Positions 6,560-14,841 of a DNA stretch of 51,683 nt are shown here, one piece after another. The stretch comes from Eubacteriales bacterium (lineage in GTDB: Bacteria > Bacillota > Clostridia > Oscillospirales > CAG-272). Every line of letters starts with the position of its first letter. The first letter of the stretch is position 1. The stretch covers positions 1 to 51,683 of the forward strand of contig JAZNFP010000005.1 of the NCBI GenBank assembly GCA_045576095.1, given 5' to 3'. The position numbers and the translations under genes are program-made. The notes under the pieces were generated by a model, which was not told the DNA's origin, made no database searches, and saw only the letters and a list, made by a program, of their open reading frames with translations.

Positions 6560-8503
6560 ATGGAAAACGAGAAGTATTATATTACGACCGCAATCGCGTA
6601 TGCATCGAGAAAGCCTCATTTTGGCAATACATACGAGATCATTATGACCGATGCGATCGCTCGCTTCCGCCGTCAGATCGGGCAGGACGTTTTTTTCTGC
6701 ACCGGAACCGACGAGCACGGACAGAAGATTGAAAAGCTTGCCGAGGAGGCCGGCATCTCTGCCCAGCTTTACGTTGACGGTGTTGCGGAGGAAATCCGCG
6801 GCATCTGGAATCTGATGGGCTCAAGTCACGATTATTTCATCCGAACCACCGACGAGAGTCACGTGCGCGCCGTGCAGAAGATCTTTCGTCGCTTTTACCA
6901 AAGCGGCGATATTTACAAGGGACAGTACGAGGGCTGGTACTGTACGCCCTGCGAGTCCTTCTTTACCTCTACGCAGGTTGTTGACGGCAAGTGCCCCGAT
7001 TGCGGTCGCCCCGTTGAGCAGGCGCAGGAGGAGGCGTACTTTTTCAAGATGTCGAAGTATGCCGACCGACTGATTCGTCACATCGAAGAGAATCCCGGCT
7101 TCATTGAGCCCGAGTCGCGCAAAAACGAGATGATGAACAATTTTCTCAAGGCAGGTCTTCAGGATCTCTGCGTTTCTCGCTCGTCCTTTAAGTGGGGAAT
7201 TCCCGTTGATTTCGACGACCGTCACGTCGTATACGTTTGGCTCGATGCTCTGACGAATTATATCACTGCGCTCGGCTACGACCCCGACCTCTCCTACGAG
7301 GAGCAGTCGGAGCATTTCCGTCATTATTGGCCCGCCGACGTGCACATCATCGGTAAGGATATTCTGCGCTTTCACACGATTTATTGGCCGATTTTCCTGA
7401 TGGCTCTCGGACTTCCGCTTCCCAAAAAGGTGTTCGGTCATCCTTGGTTTAATTTCGGTGCGGATAAGATGTCGAAATCCAAGGGGAACGTCGTGTACGC
7501 CGACGATCTTGCCGCGCGCTTTTCGGTTGACGGTGTCCGCTATTACGCGCTTTCCGAGATGCCGTATGCAAATGACGGAAGCATCACCTATCAGAGCGTG
7601 ATCGCCTGCTACAACCGCGATCTTGCCAATAATCTCGGCAATCTCGTCAGCCGCACCCACGCCATGACGAAAAAGTACTTTGACGGAATCGTTCCGGCGC
7701 CGACCGCCGCCGAGCCGATTGATGAAGAGCTGAAAACGGCCGCCGCACGCGCCGTTTCCGAATCCCGTGAGGCAATGGAGAGCTATCGCATCTCGGATGC
7801 TCTTGCGGCGATCTTTAAGATGCTTGGCCGCGCAAATAAGTATATCGACGAAACGACTCCTTGGATTCTCGCAAAGGACGAGAGCAAGCGTGAGCGACTC
7901 GGAACCGTCCTCTATAATCTTCTTGAGACGGTTCGCTTCGGTGCGGTGCTTCTGACGCCCTTTATGCCTGATACGGCAGGGAAGATTCTTGCGCAGCTTT
8001 CAAGCGATCTTTCCTCGTATGAGACAATTTCGGCATTCGGCGCTCTTCGCTGCGGAGTGCCGCTTGGCGAGGCGTTCACCCTCTTTGCCCGCATTGACGA
8101 GGAAAAGTGTCTGGCGGAAATTGAGGCAGAGCTTGCCAAAAGGAATAAGTCCGAGGAAGTCATCCCCGAGCCGGAGCATGAGGCGGAGATCGGTATCGAC
8201 GCATTTGCTGCTGTGGAGCTTCGCTGTGCCGAGGTGCTTGCCTGCGAGCGAGTTCCGAAGGCGAAGAAGCTTTTGAAGCTTCGCGTCAGTCTCGGCTACG
8301 AGGAGAGACAGATCGTTTCGGGAATTGCAAAATTCTACGAGCCCGAGGAACTGATCGGGAAGAAGGTTGCGATCGTTTGCAACCTGAAGCCTGCCGTTCT
8401 TTGCGGTGTCGAGAGCAGAGGGATGCTTCTTGCAAGCGGCGAGGACGACGTTCGCGTTCTCTTCCTGGACCCCAAAACCAAAAACGGAGACCGTATCCAC
8501 TGA
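6560..8503 (+). CDS. metG: Methionine--tRNA ligase with C-terminal EMAP/tRNA-binding domain
   Basis: HFGN (HIGH-type) and KMSKS motifs, CPDCG zinc knuckle, C-terminal OB-fold tRNA-binding domain. Confidence 0.95.
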   Translation: MENEKYYITTAIAYASRKPHFGNTYEIIMTDAIARFRRQIGQDVFFCTGTDEHGQKIEKLAEEAGISAQLYVDGVAEEIRGIWNLMGSSHDYFIRTTDESHVRAVQKIFRRFYQSGDIYKGQYEGWYCTPCESFFTSTQVVDGKCPDCGRPVEQAQEEAYFFKMSKYADRLIRHIEENPGFIEPESRKNEMMNNFLKAGLQDLCVSRSSFKWGIPVDFDDRHVVYVWLDALTNYITALGYDPDLSYEEQSEHFRHYWPADVHIIGKDILRFHTIYWPIFLMALGLPLPKKVFGHPWFNFGADKMSKSKGNVVYADDLAARFSVDGVRYYALSEMPYANDGSITYQSVIACYNRDLANNLGNLVSRTHAMTKKYFDGIVPAPTAAEPIDEELKTAAARAVSESREAMESYRISDALAAIFKMLGRANKYIDETTPWILAKDESKRERLGTVLYNLLETVRFGAVLLTPFMPDTAGKILAQLSSDLSSYETISAFGALRCGVPLGEAFTLFARIDEEKCLAEIEAELAKRNKSEEVIPEPEHEAEIGIDAFAAVELRCAEVLACERVPKAKKLLKLRVSLGYEERQIVSGIAKFYEPEELIGKKVAIVCNLKPAVLCGVESRGMLLASGEDDVRVLFLDPKTKNGDRIH

Positions 8504-9291
8504 TGAAATATTTCGATTCTCACGCACATTATTGGGACTCGAAATTCTCCGAAGATTCCGAGAGCGCCGATTCCTTGATCGGCGCTCTCCTTTCGGGGAA
8601 TGTTTCGGGAATCGTAAACGTCGGGACCGATCCCGAAACCTCGCGGTCTTCCGTTGAGCTGGCAAACCGTTTTTCCGACGTCTATGCAACGGCAGGGATT
8701 CATCCGTCGGATACGCGATTCCTTTCAGATCTCGACACCGAGCTTTCAGAGATTGAGCATCTGATTCAAAGCAATCGCGGCAAGGTCGTTGCGCTCGGCG
8801 AAATCGGTCTTGACTATCATTACGAGGAAACCGATAAGGAACAGCAGGCGCGCTATTTTGAGGCACAGCTTCTGCTTGCAGAGACACTCGATATCCCCGT
8901 CGTGATTCACGATCGTGAGGCGCACGGTGACGTTATGCGGGCGATTTTCAATCACCCACGCGTTCGTGGGGTATTGCATAGCTTTAGCGGCAGTCCGGAA
9001 ATGGCAGGCGAGCTCGCAAGGCGTGGCTGGATGGTCTCCTTTTCGGGGACGGTTTCCTTTAAGAACGCGAAAAAGGTCCGTGCGGCGGCGGCAGTCGTTC
9101 CGAAAGAGCTGCTTCTCATTGAGACCGACGCGCCCTATCTGACGCCGCATCCCTTTCGCGGAGAACGCAACGATTCCTCGTATCTTTGCTATACCTGTGC
9201 CGCACTTGCCGAAGCAAAGGGAATGGATGCCGAGGAATGCGCCGAAATCACCGATAGAAATGCCCGTCGCTTCTTTCGTCTCCCGTCTTGA
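8503..9291 (+). CDS. tatD: TatD-family metal-dependent DNase/hydrolase (YabD)
   Basis: MKYFDSHAHY start. TGATG stop/start overlap with metG. The track ORF from 8377 is an over-extension. Confidence 0.9.
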   Translation: MKYFDSHAHYWDSKFSEDSESADSLIGALLSGNVSGIVNVGTDPETSRSSVELANRFSDVYATAGIHPSDTRFLSDLDTELSEIEHLIQSNRGKVVALGEIGLDYHYEETDKEQQARYFEAQLLLAETLDIPVVIHDREAHGDVMRAIFNHPRVRGVLHSFSGSPEMAGELARRGWMVSFSGTVSFKNAKKVRAAAAVVPKELLLIETDAPYLTPHPFRGERNDSSYLCYTCAALAEAKGMDAEECAEITDRNARRFFRLPS

Positions 9292-10384
9292 TGACGTCAA
9301 AGGTGCGGTGCAAAAGCGTGGGTAATCCTCGAGGGCACCATTCAGGGTAAATCGTCATTCCGCAAATTCCGGACTCGCCGAGCACGGCGAGTCCGTTTTT
9401 CAAGGTTGCCAGATCGTCAAAGATCACCTCGCGGTGTTCGTGGGATCCAAAGACCGTTGCGGTAAAGCTGAAGCCGACCTTTCCGTCATCCCGCTTTTTG
9501 ATCGGAGAATTTCGCCGATAAGCGAGATGCGTGCAATCCGCCAACGGCAGGGTTTTGATACACCGACCGTCTGACGAGGAGATTTCGACGCCGCAATAGG
9601 GTAGCTCCGCCATGATGCGATAAGCCTGCTCCGAATCGAGAGGAAGCGCGTGAAAGCGTTCAACGGTCGAGACACGGTGATCCCCAAACGGAACGGTAAG
9701 CCAGTCGCAAGCATCGTCGGTACGTTCGTTGGAGTAGGGAACGAGGGCAATCAGCCCGGCCTTCTTCAGCGCCCTTGCATAGAGCTCGCCTACCTCGCGG
9801 TCGCCTGCTTCATGCAGCTGTGCGCCGCGATAGCCGGACCTTGCAATCATCGTTGCAAGCGTTTCGGGATCTCCGAACGGATGAACGAGAACCAGCGGAA
9901 GAATCCCGTTTTGCGCGGAGAAATCAATGAGCTCACGTTCTTTTTGAGAACCGAAACCACTTCTGTCAATCAAATCGGAGTCAGTTATCGTTAGATAAGT
10001 CAGGGCAGAAGAAAAATAACGAAGCTTGGATAAGGATATGTGCTTGCTGATGCATCCGTTCACCGTCAAGGGCCCATAAGAGGTCTCAACGCGTCCGAGC
10101 GCAAGAGACTGTCCGGGATAAAGAAGCCTTTTATCACCAATTCCCGGGTTGAATTTCAAAAGATCCCGAGCATTCATCGCAAAGCGACGAACGATTCCGT
10201 CGAAGGTGTCACCGCCGCGCACGGTGTAGGCGCGACTGCTTCGGTAAATTGCAAGACATTGTCCGACGGCAAGCCGATCGGGATCGGCAAGACCGTTTTC
10301 CTCGATCAGCCTGACGGGGGATACCCCATATTCGCGTGCGATCGAAAGCACGCTGTCTCCTTCGGTACAGTAATGGAATATCAT
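9248..10384 (-). CDS. Two-LysM-domain protein with a GH18-like C-terminal domain (SleL/YaaH-like spore peptidoglycan hydrolase family)
   Basis: Two N-terminal LysM repeats (GDSVLSIAREYGVSPVRLIEEN..., GDTFDGIVRRFAMNARDLLKFN...). The remainder resembles YaaH-type GH18 domains by eye. Its 3' end overlaps tatD by 44 nt (convergent). Confidence 0.55.
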   Translation of the reverse strand: MIFHYCTEGDSVLSIAREYGVSPVRLIEENGLADPDRLAVGQCLAIYRSSRAYTVRGGDTFDGIVRRFAMNARDLLKFNPGIGDKRLLYPGQSLALGRVETSYGPLTVNGCISKHISLSKLRYFSSALTYLTITDSDLIDRSGFGSQKERELIDFSAQNGILPLVLVHPFGDPETLATMIARSGYRGAQLHEAGDREVGELYARALKKAGLIALVPYSNERTDDACDWLTVPFGDHRVSTVERFHALPLDSEQAYRIMAELPYCGVEISSSDGRCIKTLPLADCTHLAYRRNSPIKKRDDGKVGFSFTATVFGSHEHREVIFDDLATLKNGLAVLGESGICGMTIYPEWCPRGLPTLLHRTFDVIKTGDERSDGHFYR

Positions 10385-10513
10385 GTGCGTTCCTTTCGAT
10401 TCTTTTTTGAGCAGTATATGTCGATTCGATCGCTTTGCTTCCCAATGACTGCGGATAGTTTTAACCGATTGCGGAATACTGATTCTATCAGTACACGCTT
10501 GGAGGTTGATTTT

Positions 10514-11776
10514 ATGCCTATAGTCAAAATTTCGGACGTTACGGCACGTGAGATTCTGGATTCGAGAGGAAATCCGACCGTTGAAAGCCGCGTTACGCTG
10601 GAGGACGGCTCGGTTGGTGTCGCTTCCGTACCGTCGGGAGCATCTTGCGGTGCCTACGAGGCGTCAGAGCTTCGTGACCGTGAGGATCCGCGCTACGGCG
10701 GAAAGGGTGTTCTAACGGCAGTCAAAAACGTACGGGAAAGGATTCGCGAGCTTCTCGTTGGATGCGACGCATACGATCAGGCGTCGGCAGACCGTAATAT
10801 GATAGCACTGGATGGCTCGAAAAACAAGTCGAATCTCGGTGCGAATGCCATTTTGTCGGTTTCGCTTGCGCTTGCAAGGGCATCCGCCGCCTCGGTCGGG
10901 CTTCCGCTGTATCGGTATATCGGCGGAACGGCGGCCGCACGGATTCCCGTTCCCATGATGAACGTGCTTAACGGCGGAGCGCACGCTTCCAATAACGTTG
11001 ATATCCAGGAATTCATGATTGTTCCGCACGGATTCTCAAGCGTTGAAGAATCCCTGAGAGCCGGAAGCGAGATTTATTATGCGCTGCGTGGGATACTTCT
11101 CGAGCGCGGTCTTTCGGTTGCGGTGGGAGACGAAGGGGGCTTTGCGCCCGATCTTTCCGGAGATGAGGAGGCACTCGAACTTCTCGTCAAGGCAATCGAA
11201 AGAGCAGGTTACCGGACCGAACAGGTAGGGCTTGCGATCGATGCTGCGGCATCCGAATGGGCGGATGGCGATCGTTACCGTCTTCCGAAGCGTGGCAGGG
11301 AGCTACGCGGGGACGAGCTCCTTTCCTTCTGGAGCGATCTTGTCGGTTCATATCCGATCCTTTCCCTTGAGGATCCCTTCGGGGAGGATGATTTCAGGGG
11401 CTTTAGTACCTTAACCGAGCAGCTTGGCGACAGACTCCTGCTTGTGGGAGATGACCTTTTTGTGACGAACGCCGAGCGTCTGCGCCTGGGAATTGTCAAG
11501 GAGAGCGCAACCGCCATTCTGATCAAGCCGAATCAGATCGGAACGGTCAGCGAGGTTCTCGAAACCATCGCACTTGCCGGCAGATACGGATACCGACACA
11601 TTCTTTCGCACCGTTCGGGCGAGACGATGGACGATTCAATCTCGGATCTTGCCGTCGGAACGCTGGCACCGCTGATCAAAACCGGCGCCCCTTGCCGAGG
11701 GGAGCGTGTGGCAAAGTATAACCGCTTGCTCGAAATCTCGTCGGAGCTCGGGGGCAACGGGAGATTCGGCTTCTGA
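10514..11776 (+). CDS. eno: Enolase (phosphopyruvate hydratase)
   Basis: MPIVKISDVTAREILDSRGNPTVE. GGAGG lies 8 nt upstream. The track ORF from 10040 is an over-extension. Confidence 0.97.
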   Translation: MPIVKISDVTAREILDSRGNPTVESRVTLEDGSVGVASVPSGASCGAYEASELRDREDPRYGGKGVLTAVKNVRERIRELLVGCDAYDQASADRNMIALDGSKNKSNLGANAILSVSLALARASAASVGLPLYRYIGGTAAARIPVPMMNVLNGGAHASNNVDIQEFMIVPHGFSSVEESLRAGSEIYYALRGILLERGLSVAVGDEGGFAPDLSGDEEALELLVKAIERAGYRTEQVGLAIDAAASEWADGDRYRLPKRGRELRGDELLSFWSDLVGSYPILSLEDPFGEDDFRGFSTLTEQLGDRLLLVGDDLFVTNAERLRLGIVKESATAILIKPNQIGTVSEVLETIALAGRYGYRHILSHRSGETMDDSISDLAVGTLAPLIKTGAPCRGERVAKYNRLLEISSELGGNGRFGF

Positions 11777-11779
11777 ACA

Positions 11780-11820
11780 AAAACGGTCGCAAATGCGAAT
11801 TTTGCATTTGCGACCGTTTT
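11780..11820. terminator. Bidirectional intrinsic terminator between the convergent genes eno and nadA
   Basis: 17-nt arms aaaacggtcgcaaatgc / gcatttgcgaccgtttt with a 7-nt loop. Confidence 0.8.
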
Positions 11821-11832
11821 GCTTGGTTTGGC

Positions 11833-12753
11833 TTATCCCATTTCGATCATGCGATCAATACACACACGAGCCTCGCGTTGAGTATCCGCGTCAAGCAGGA
11901 TTTCAAATCCGCCTGTTCCGTTGAGCGCTGCCAGCACGTCGGGAAGCGCTGTCAGGCGCATATCGCTGCAGATCATTCTCTTGGACAGCGGGTAGAAGCG
12001 CTTATTCGGAAGCTCGTATTGCAGATGGGTAACGATATTGTTTTCGGTTCCGATAATAAAGGAGCTTGCCTCGGATTTTGCGGCAAAATCCATGATCTCG
12101 GTCGTTGAACCGACGAAATCGGATGCGTCCGCAACGTCCTTTCTGCATTCGGGATGCGTCAGAACGAGCGCATCCGGATGCAGCGCCTTTGCCGCAAGCA
12201 GCTCCTCGAGGGTAATGGCGTTATGAACCGGACATCCGCCGTTCCAGAATACGAGCCTTTTACTCGGAAGATGTTTAGCAACGTAGGAGCCGAGGTTTCG
12301 ATCGGGAATAAAAAGGATTTCTTTGTCGTCGGGAAGCCCGGAAACGATCTTGACGGCAGAAGCCGACGTTACGCAATAGTCGCAGGCACGCTTGATATCG
12401 GTCGTGGTATTGACGTATGCAACGACGATGCCGTCGGGATGCTCGGCACGCCACGCCTCAACGTCGGCGCGCGTAAACTGCTCGGCCATCGGACAGCCTG
12501 CATCCCGGGATGCGATCAAAACACGCTTTTTGGGGGAGAGAAGCTTGACGGTTTCTGCCATGAAGCGGACGCCGCACATCAATATGTTCTTCTGCGGAAC
12601 CGCGGTAGCTTTTCGGCTCAGGGCAAAGGAATCCCCCGTGAAATCGGCGATCTCAAGGATATCGTGCGTCTCGTAGGTATGAGCAAGAATGCAGAAATCT
12701 TTTTCTTCTTTTAGCTTCAGGATATGCTCCTGCATGGCTTTCATTGGTATCAT
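11833..12753 (-). CDS. nadA: Quinolinate synthase NadA
   Basis: ILAHTYE...IADFTGDSFALS and Cys-containing 4Fe-4S ligand regions. Start set to the ATG at 12753 (GGAAGGAGAA RBS). Confidence 0.9.
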   Translation of the reverse strand: MIPMKAMQEHILKLKEEKDFCILAHTYETHDILEIADFTGDSFALSRKATAVPQKNILMCGVRFMAETVKLLSPKKRVLIASRDAGCPMAEQFTRADVEAWRAEHPDGIVVAYVNTTTDIKRACDYCVTSASAVKIVSGLPDDKEILFIPDRNLGSYVAKHLPSKRLVFWNGGCPVHNAITLEELLAAKALHPDALVLTHPECRKDVADASDFVGSTTEIMDFAAKSEASSFIIGTENNIVTHLQYELPNKRFYPLSKRMICSDMRLTALPDVLAALNGTGGFEILLDADTQREARVCIDRMIEMG

Positions 12754-12773
12754 GGTATATTCTCCTTCCGGGG

Positions 12774-13430
12774 TTATGTGATGGAAAGATAGTAACCGAT
12801 CGCCGGATGATAGGAGATCGGTCGAACTCCGAATTGCTCGAAAAATCGCTTGTTCATTCGGCAAATCTGCGGGGAAAGGGTGTGAAGCTTCGGCGATTTT
12901 TTCGGATCGGCAGAAAGCTTCAGAAGCGTTTTTGGAGCGAGCGGAGACGGGAATCGGTCGAGCATGGTGTGAAGAATCGAGCTCTGCGCGTCGGTCAGCC
13001 TGATGAACTCCGCCGTATAATAGAATCCGCCGTTTGTAACCTTGTGCGCGAGAGCCCCGACACGCAGCTCCCCGTGATTCCGATATCCGTTTTGAGAGAG
13101 AAAACGAAATACGGCGCGCATCGCCGACGATGGGGAAAAGGGCGCACGCACGACAAGGTCTGCGTTATCCGTTATCGTTTGACCGTCATATTCGTGTCCG
13201 CAAAGCATAACGGTGGGAGTACTCGGGAAACGGCGTTGCATCGAGCGGCAAAAGTATTTCGGGCGATCGTCTGCACGCGGTCTGGGAAGCAGAATGAGAT
13301 CGCACAGCTCCTTTTTCACGTAGTAGTCCGCCATGCGGTAGCTGCCGCCGATCGACGGGATTCCGAGGAGATAGAGCATTCTACGCGTTTTCAGAATCAG
13401 TTCGCCGTCGCTGTCTGCCACGTAAATCAT
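12774..13430 (-). CDS. OmpR-family-like DNA-binding protein with a degenerate (pseudo-)receiver domain
   Basis: N-terminus IYVADSDGE...CDLILLP resembles REC beta1/beta3, but Pro occupies the expected phospho-Asp position. C-terminus LTDAQSSILHTMLD...ISYHPAIGYYL fits the winged-helix Trans_reg_C pattern. GGAGG RBS. The stop lies 20 nt before the nadA start. Confidence 0.6.
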   Translation of the reverse strand: MIYVADSDGELILKTRRMLYLLGIPSIGGSYRMADYYVKKELCDLILLPRPRADDRPKYFCRSMQRRFPSTPTVMLCGHEYDGQTITDNADLVVRAPFSPSSAMRAVFRFLSQNGYRNHGELRVGALAHKVTNGGFYYTAEFIRLTDAQSSILHTMLDRFPSPLAPKTLLKLSADPKKSPKLHTLSPQICRMNKRFFEQFGVRPISYHPAIGYYLSIT

Positions 13431-13462
13431 GAAAACGCCTCCGTATCGTAATGTCGGACTAT

Positions 13463-13491
13463 ATTATAGCACGAAAAAGGTCGTATTGCAA
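13463..13491 (-). promoter_or_regulatory. Candidate sigma-A promoter for the pseudo-RR/nadA operon
   Basis: Minus strand: TTGCAA, 17-nt spacer, TATAAT. Confidence 0.5.
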
Positions 13492-13562
13492 GCGGTTTCG
13501 GCAAGAGTATCGCTTTAATTTCCGACAGCAGCGGAATTATTTGCCGAAAGCGCTTCCCTGAA

Positions 13563-13591
13563 TTGACAACACTTCTAAAAAGTGCTAAAAT
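13563..13591 (+). promoter_or_regulatory. Candidate sigma-A promoter for the SDR gene
   Basis: TTGACA (13563-13568), 17-nt spacer, TAAAAT (13586-13591). Confidence 0.5.
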
Positions 13592-13621
13592 AATGACAGA
13601 ATAACAGGATGGTGGATTCAT

Positions 13622-14359
13622 ATGCAGAATTTTAATTGTCGCAGAGTCCTGGTAACGGGCGGTTCCAGGGGGATCGGCGCCGAGATCGTTCGTTGCTTTT
13701 CCGAGCGCGGCGCATCGGTCGCCTTTACGTATTTCGGCTCCGAGGAGAAGGCGCTTTCCCTTGCATCCGAGTGCGGCGCATACGCAATCTACGGGGATGC
13801 GGCAAGTGAATCCGATACCGAACGGGTTATCTCGAAGGCGGCGGCATGCCTTGGCGGAGCGGTTGATACACTCGTTTTGAATGCAGGGATCAGCGCAAGC
13901 GGTCTTTTGACCGATCTCTCGCTGGATGAATGGAACCGTCTGTTTGCCGTCAACGTGACGGGGGCATTCCTCTATGCGCGGAAAGCCGTTCCGGATATGG
14001 TGCGGGCGGGTTTTGGCAGGATCGTTACGGTTTCCTCGATCTGGGGGATGGTCGGTGCCTCCTGCGAGGTTGCTTATTCGGCAACGAAGGCTGCGCTTCT
14101 TGGCTTTACGAAGGCGCTTGCAAAGGAGCTCGGTCCTTCCGGGATCACCGTCAATGCGGTGGCTCCCGGTGTCATTGATACCGATATGATGGCAGGCTAC
14201 GGAGATGCCGACCGTCGTGCCCTGATCGACGAGACACCGGTATGCCGCCTCGGAACGGCGAAGGATGTTGCGTCGGCTGTTCTGTATTTTTCGAGCCGTG
14301 AGGCATCGTTTGTGACGGGGCAGGTGCTGTCTACGGGCGGCGGAATCGTAATCGTGTAA
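13622..14359 (+). CDS. SDR-family oxidoreductase (FabG-like 3-oxoacyl-ACP reductase family)
   Basis: TGGSRGIG cofactor motif, NAG, and the S...YSATK catalytic triad pattern. Confidence 0.8.
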   Translation: MQNFNCRRVLVTGGSRGIGAEIVRCFSERGASVAFTYFGSEEKALSLASECGAYAIYGDAASESDTERVISKAAACLGGAVDTLVLNAGISASGLLTDLSLDEWNRLFAVNVTGAFLYARKAVPDMVRAGFGRIVTVSSIWGMVGASCEVAYSATKAALLGFTKALAKELGPSGITVNAVAPGVIDTDMMAGYGDADRRALIDETPVCRLGTAKDVASAVLYFSSREASFVTGQVLSTGGGIVIV

Positions 14360-14397
14360 ACAATTTGAAAATTTGTTCTTGAATTTTTGTATTTCTC

Positions 14398-14426
14398 TTG
14401 AAAAGTAAGCGTGTATATGGTATACT
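14398..14426 (+). promoter_or_regulatory. Promoter of the SRP RNA gene
   Basis: TTGAAA (14398-14403), 17-nt spacer, TATACT (14421-14426). Confidence 0.6.
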
Positions 14427-14432
14427 ATCTGT

Positions 14433-14801
14433 GGACGCGGGAACATCGTTTCTCGCCGTCGGACGGAGCCATACTAATCGGGGAGGTAGCGGTGCCCTGT
14501 ATCCGCAATCCGCTGTAGCGGGGATGAATTCCGCGTTTGAGGGTCGTTTTTGTGTAGTCTGCGCCGTTTTGAGGTGCGTTGAAGAATGGGTCTTACGCAA
14601 TCGAAGGCTGTGAATCATGTCAGGTGGGGAACCAAGCAGCATTAAGCGGTTGATTTTGATGTGCCGTAGGGGTGCCTGTTTGGAGCATTGATGGCGGTTA
14701 ACGTATGTAAGAACGGTTCGATTCTGCGGTGTATGGTTCTGTCCGACGGCGAGAGCAGGCCCGCCTCGGAAGGCGGCGCGGCTGAGCTCGCGCCTTTTTT
14801 T
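14433..14801 (+). ncRNA. ffs: Signal recognition particle RNA, long (Alu-domain-containing, Bacillus/Clostridium-type) form; the coordinates are the approximate primary transcript
   Basis: Domain IV motif gtcaggtggggaaccaagcagc. Alu-domain-like ggtagcggtgccctgtatccgcaatccgct. 16-bp closing helix 14451-14466 / 14739-14754. Terminator ggcgcg-N8-cgcgcc plus T7 ends at 14801. Sits directly upstream of dnaX, as B. subtilis scr does. Confidence 0.85.
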
Positions 14802-14841
14802 ATAGTTTTCGATCGTTTTCGGAAGAACGGAGGATTTGCTC

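Noticed and set aside
10040-10513. N-terminal extensions of track ORFs: eno from 10040, infC from 42142, trmH from 43530, plsX from 49355, era from 27245, tatD from 8377, spo0A to 20805, nadA to 12864, ricT to 5385.
   Set aside because: In each case the conserved protein N-terminus begins at a downstream start codon preceded by a good Shine-Dalgarno. The extensions overlap upstream genes or leaders and have nonsense-like composition.
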